Assembly (NCBI GenBank): GCA_026982535.1 | Contig: JALSGX010000216.1 | Coordinates: forward strand, 1-45,333 | Reading direction: 5' to 3' | DNA length: 45,333 nt | Origin: Ghiorsea sp. | Lineage (GTDB): Bacteria; Pseudomonadota; Zetaproteobacteria; Mariprofundales; Mariprofundaceae | Part shown: positions 41,166 through 45,333 of the stretch, one piece after another | How positions within the stretch are numbered: position 1 is the first letter of the stretch | Layout of the letters: each line of letters opens with the position of its first letter | The notes under the pieces: model-generated | Seen by the model: the letters and a program-made list of their open reading frames with translations, nothing else | Database searches by the model: none | Told to the model about the DNA's origin: nothing | Translations under genes and position numbers: made by a program

Positions 41166-44100
41166 AACTCACCCCTTAACACCATGCGTTCTTCTTCCAT
41201 CACATACCGCTTAGACACTTCTTCTTCCCATAATGCTGCATCAGATACATCAGGTTGTGCCGTTGCCCAATCATCCAAACATGACTTAACATTATTTAAT
41301 CTCTGGCTGACACGATCGATATTTTGCAAGTCAGTTAACGCATCCATGATGGCAGCTTCCACTTCAGGAGACACTCCCATATCTAAAATACCCATCAACT
41401 TTGCTAATCCACCCTCACTACTGCTTTGTAGCAAATCCACTGAACCTTCAACCTGCTTTTGTAACACACGAAGCAAGCGTTTATCTGCTTGTTTGGGCCA
41501 TACTGTTTCACTCATCACTTCTCCTTGAACAGCCTCATGGTGTACCACGGCTTTTTCTTCAGCTTCAACCATAGCTGTTGTGTCTATTACACGCCTTTCA
41601 GGCTGCTTACCCTTATCCATGCCTTTATCTGCAACAGCATGATCTACAACCTTGGCTTCATCATGCTGGGCAATATCATCACCACGGCTTGTTTCTTTAT
41701 GCTTAAGCACACCACGGCGACAGAAAAACAATGATGCAGTTTGTTGAGGTACATCCATTTCCGATACAGGTGAACCTGCCAGTAATGTCATTTGCCTAAC
41801 TTGACCTGCCTGGTGAGGAAACAGGTGATCCAAGGCTGAGAACATTGAATACTGATGCTGATTCATATCCGCTTTTAGATATGCCATAAGCACCCAGCCC
41901 CGTCGCAACGCTTCTCGATAAACTCCATCCCAAGCGGTTTGACTGCCTTCCTCCAAAAGCCTTGAAGATTCAACATCCTCAACCAACACAGCATCACCAA
42001 GCATGTCTTCCATAAACTCATAAACATATTCATCCGTGATTGTCTCCTCTGGATATTGGGTGTGTCTAGCTTGTGTAAGCAATTGCCTTGCCATAAATAC
42101 ATCATGAAAAGCATCAGGTGAACCCACCCGAATATCCAGAACAGGATATTGCTGTGCCGCTGCCTGGAAATCTGGGATAAAGTCTCCATTTCTTGGTAAA
42201 ACCATGAGCTTGGGTGGCGACCACCATTTGGTCTTTTCCTTGCGCCTGCTTAACATACCTCCAACCTCATGCAACCATAGTTCCAACAAAGAATCCTCAG
42301 TTCCATCACCGCTCTTTCCAGGGTACAACATCATCACCTTGCAGCCTCGCAATTTGGCTTCTAATACTTGAGTATCCAAACCATCCCAAGCATGAACATG
42401 AAGGTTCAACACACATGAACCTGAAGCATTCACCTTGCTCTCAATATCTGCCAAAGCTTGCTGCTGCATCGTCAAATGTTTTGCATCACAAGTGCTAAAA
42501 ACATGACAAGTTAACTTATGATGACGCTCCGCCATTTCTTCAATCATGGCTGCAAGTCCTGGGTGCCATCCCAAAAACATCATGGATAAATCCCAAGTTT
42601 CTGCCCAAGTAAAGGCTTGAAGCTCATTATGGTGTGTGCGTTCACCCAACCCAAAACTCTGATTCAAAATACTCGCCCACAGCAGTCGCTCCCGCCCTAA
42701 AACAATAAGCACATCAAAGTGTTCATCTTGTGAGAGATGGATTAAGTCGCTACATAAAATATATGTGCCATCACTTCGTCTTGCCGCCAACACATTAAGC
42801 CCCTGCTCAAAGGTGTTGGTCAGCCATGCTTCTAGTAGCATTTGCTTTTGTTCATGTTGAATCATTGCACCTGCGCTACTGGTATAAACCTCAAAATGCC
42901 AAATCATAGCATTAAGCCCTGATTCCCCTGCCACAATATCAAGCATCTGAATACCAAGCTCAGGCATTTGGCTACAATGGTGCATTTGATACAACATCCT
43001 CGCCCGAACCGATGATGAGTCCAACACTTTCATCGCTAGGGAACCTGCATAAACATCCTGGATACTTGGCGGTAATACACTTTCAGAAATACATAGCCCA
43101 TCCACATGCAACTCACGCGCGAGATGGTGCATATCGGCAACCTCTGTAGGATCCATATGATGATGATGTTTCGCTATAAACATCACCACTTGACGAACAC
43201 CTGTAATATTAAACTGGGCAATAATATTGCGTGCGCCCTTCACCACTTCTCGTATGCTTAACCAAGCGCCAACTTGAGATGCACGAACTTGCGCTTGCCC
43301 GTGAAATATCCACACTGAAGGAAAAGAGTGTTGCATTCGAGCACAAAGTTGACCCAACTTATGCAAAATAGGCAAAGCTTGCTCGTTATATCCCATAAAC
43401 AAAATATGCTCTCGTGCCGACAACGAACTATTGGCAAGCTCATCAAGCATATATTTCATCACATTCGAGCCTAAGCTTACCACCAGGGCAAAAAAGAAAA
43501 TGCCCGAAAGAACCAATACCACAGTGACCACAGCCAATGTTGGTGAAAAGGCTTCAGATGGTGCAGCACCAGGATCAATCATCAAGCGAAAAACATACAA
43601 TAAGACTTGATATGGTGTGTAATCAATTTGGTTTGTCTCACCATCATCATTCATGTCCAAAGCAGGGTAAACATACCATATCGCAACCGCACCCACGACC
43701 ATGTACGCAGCAAACAAACCTGCAAGCATACTACCTTCTTGGCGAATCTCAGGAAGAAAAAGCACGCGCCTTGCTGCTTCAACAATGCGCCCAAGCGGGT
43801 TAAGCATGATTAAAAAGCGTGCCAAACGAAGGGCTATCCAAGCCGTACTCAGCTGAGGAACAATACCCATGACTGCAATTGCTGCGAATATATCCAAAGG
43901 AACAAATGCTAGCTCAAAAGTTCTGCGTTTACCTCGTGGTAGAATGCGATAAACTGAATATGCCCGATAGCCTGTTTCAATAATAAGCAGCACACCAATA
44001 TAGATTGCAGCCCAAGGCAAGCTCCATGCCACTGCCGATAACGCGAGCATTGCCATGGCAAGAGGAAGCGAAAAAACCATAGCATCAAAAGTGAGAAAAC

Positions 44101-44683
44101 GAAAAATGCGCAACATCCGTAGCATATACATACCACGAAACAGCCTGACAATTCTCAAATAAACACCTTGATCCAGCACAGATGCTGGCATAAGTATGGT
44201 GATAAACATACTTAAAGTAGCAATGCCATCCAACATAAGAAAAACAAGCTCAAGTTTATTCCGAAAGCCGCGCTCCTTTTGCAACCAAAGGCGCATAGCC
44301 CATTCCACAGTAAAAAAAACAGCCATGGGCAATAACACAAAGAAATAACGCTCAAAAAAACATAAGGCTAATGCCGCCATCACTACAACCGCATAACGAG
44401 GATGTGAAAATACGCGTTCACCCAGCAGCAACCACTCTCGTTTAGAATGTTGCCCTGAAATCATCTTGCGCAACCTTGTGATAATACTGCTTTGTGAAGA
44501 TTGCGCTTGCTGTGAAGCATCACTTTCAACATCAGAAACAGGCTGCTGAACAAGCCGCGCATGAGAAGGGGTGTCACTACTCATAGGTATATACATCGCT
44601 TGTTGGTCTTGTGTGCTTGATAAAAGTAACTTCTCATTACATACATGCCGTTGTATTGGATGGGATTGCTTGCGCTCTAGCAT
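41162..44683 (-). CDS. Large predicted ion channel: two voltage-sensor-like domains + CASTOR/POLLUX-like pore + tandem RCK + C-terminal CheZ-like module
   Basis: S2 [12 protein letters not shown]3 Asp, S4 [21 protein letters not shown]; second repeat IIETGYRAY / PLDIFAA / LRLARF; pore helix [12 protein letters not shown] and S6 [11 protein letters not shown]; RCK starts HILFMGYNE and MMFLGWHPG; tail [11 protein letters not shown]. True start may be 44596 or 44584. Confidence 0.72.
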   Translation of the reverse strand: MLERKQSHPIQRHVCNEKLLLSSTQDQQAMYIPMSSDTPSHARLVQQPVSDVESDASQQAQSSQSSIITRLRKMISGQHSKREWLLLGERVFSHPRYAVVVMAALALCFFERYFFVLLPMAVFFTVEWAMRLWLQKERGFRNKLELVFLMLDGIATLSMFITILMPASVLDQGVYLRIVRLFRGMYMLRMLRIFRFLTFDAMVFSLPLAMAMLALSAVAWSLPWAAIYIGVLLIIETGYRAYSVYRILPRGKRRTFELAFVPLDIFAAIAVMGIVPQLSTAWIALRLARFLIMLNPLGRIVEAARRVLFLPEIRQEGSMLAGLFAAYMVVGAVAIWYVYPALDMNDDGETNQIDYTPYQVLLYVFRLMIDPGAAPSEAFSPTLAVVTVVLVLSGIFFFALVVSLGSNVMKYMLDELANSSLSAREHILFMGYNEQALPILHKLGQLCARMQHSFPSVWIFHGQAQVRASQVGAWLSIREVVKGARNIIAQFNITGVRQVVMFIAKHHHHMDPTEVADMHHLARELHVDGLCISESVLPPSIQDVYAGSLAMKVLDSSSVRARMLYQMHHCSQMPELGIQMLDIVAGESGLNAMIWHFEVYTSSAGAMIQHEQKQMLLEAWLTNTFEQGLNVLAARRSDGTYILCSDLIHLSQDEHFDVLIVLGRERLLWASILNQSFGLGERTHHNELQAFTWAETWDLSMMFLGWHPGLAAMIEEMAERHHKLTCHVFSTCDAKHLTMQQQALADIESKVNASGSCVLNLHVHAWDGLDTQVLEAKLRGCKVMMLYPGKSGDGTEDSLLELWLHEVGGMLSRRKEKTKWWSPPKLMVLPRNGDFIPDFQAAAQQYPVLDIRVGSPDAFHDVFMARQLLTQARHTQYPEETITDEYVYEFMEDMLGDAVLVEDVESSRLLEEGSQTAWDGVYREALRRGWVLMAYLKADMNQHQYSMFSALDHLFPHQAGQVRQMTLLAGSPVSEMDVPQQTASLFFCRRGVLKHKETSRGDDIAQHDEAKVVDHAVADKGMDKGKQPERRVIDTTAMVEAEEKAVVHHEAVQGEVMSETVWPKQADKRLLRVLQKQVEGSVDLLQSSSEGGLAKLMGILDMGVSPEVEAAIMDALTDLQNIDRVSQRLNNVKSCLDDWATAQPDVSDAALWEEEVSKRYVMEEERMVLRGEL
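41515..41526 (-). promoter_or_regulatory. Internal Shine-Dalgarno plus in-frame ATG inside the channel gene
   Basis: Minus strand AAGGAG-AAGTG-ATG AGT GAA (Met1057), exactly at the start of the C-terminal 117-aa module. Confidence 0.55.
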
Positions 44684-45333
44684 TTGCGCAAGCTGTCCAA
44701 AAAATGGCTCACGCGACCTGACAAATCCTTACCTTGAGTATAAACCGAGCGAGCGGCAGTATTCACTTCTTGGGCCGCATGACCTGTTGCATCTGCGGCT
44801 TTACTTACACTGCCAATAGCCTCGCTCACCTGCTCTGTTGCCATCGACGCCGACTGCACACTTTGTACAATAAGCTGAGTTGCCTGGCTTTGCTGGTCAG
44901 TTGCCGTTGCAATAACTTCATTTGTTTTATTCATTGCTTGAATGGTATCACCAATCTTTTTAATCGCTGCAGCAGCATCTCTGCTTTCTGTTTGAATTGC
45001 TAGGATTTGCTTGGCGATTTGTTCTGTTGCCTTGGCTGTTTGATTAGCAAGCTCTTTCACTTCTCCTGCCACCACCGCAAAGCCTCTCCCAGCTTCACCA
45101 GCTCGTGCCGCCTCAATACTCGCATTGAGTGCCAGCAAATTGGTTTGTTCCGCAATATCGGTAATCACATTGACGACCTGCCCAATTTCTTCAGATACTG
45201 AAGACAGCTTGCGTACTGTTTGATTGGTGTGCTGCGCCTCATCCACTGCTTGCTCTGAAATACTGACCGCAGTTTGCACTTGCTCAATGATATGATGGAT
45301 GGAGGATGCCATTTCATCTGCCGCACTTGCCGC
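44677..45333 (-). CDS. Methyl-accepting chemotaxis protein, C-terminal signalling domain (gene starts beyond right edge)
   Basis: [40 protein letters not shown] hairpin tip; frame open to the window end; no C-terminal pentapeptide. Confidence 0.95.
   Translation of the reverse strand, partial: AASAADEMASSIHHIIEQVQTAVSISEQAVDEAQHTNQTVRKLSSVSEEIGQVVNVITDIAEQTNLLALNASIEAARAGEAGRGFAVVAGEVKELANQTAKATEQIAKQILAIQTESRDAAAAIKKIGDTIQAMNKTNEVIATATDQQSQATQLIVQSVQSASMATEQVSEAIGSVSKAADATGHAAQEVNTAARSVYTQGKDLSGRVSHFLDSLRKC

Overview
Compact, mid-GC (by eye, low-to-mid 40s %) Gram-negative chromosomal window. It is mostly housekeeping: ligA (partial), tlpA-like, grx-like, degP, rseC, fmt, def, serB, msrAB, queD, secFD-yajC-tgt, htpG, hflCK, maeB, a crp-family regulator, gyrA, serS, bamD, tRNA-Arg(CCT), a cysteine synthase, csrA, lpxL-like, ycaR-like, exbBD, lysC and ftsY. 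Gene content and synteny suggest a proteobacterium, plausibly a Zetaproteobacterium (Ghiorsea/Mariprofundus-like); this is inference and was not checked. I saw no mobile elements, CRISPR arrays or rRNA. The standout is the minus-strand chemosensory operon at 35521..>45333 (mcp - giant membrane protein - cheY - cheA/REC hybrid - cheW - cheY - cheB - cheR). It embeds a 1173-aa predicted ion channel with two tandem voltage-sensor-like domains, a CASTOR/POLLUX(DMI1)-like pore with a Ca2+-loop-like motif in its turret, and tandem RCK domains. The channel ends in a CheZ-like (DxxxQ) module that has its own in-frame Shine-Dalgarno and ATG. The same operon has a CheA with a NusA-AR/HhH-like insert where P2 usually sits, and a CheB with no receiver domain. 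Together these suggest an undescribed channel-coupled (membrane-potential or ion-sensing) chemosensory system. Also of interest are a run of FAD/Fe-S oxidoreductase, degenerate SdhE-like protein and DUF1573-like/diheme cytochrome c lipoprotein, and several apparently leaderless genes. All domain calls come from motif recognition by eye, not database searches.
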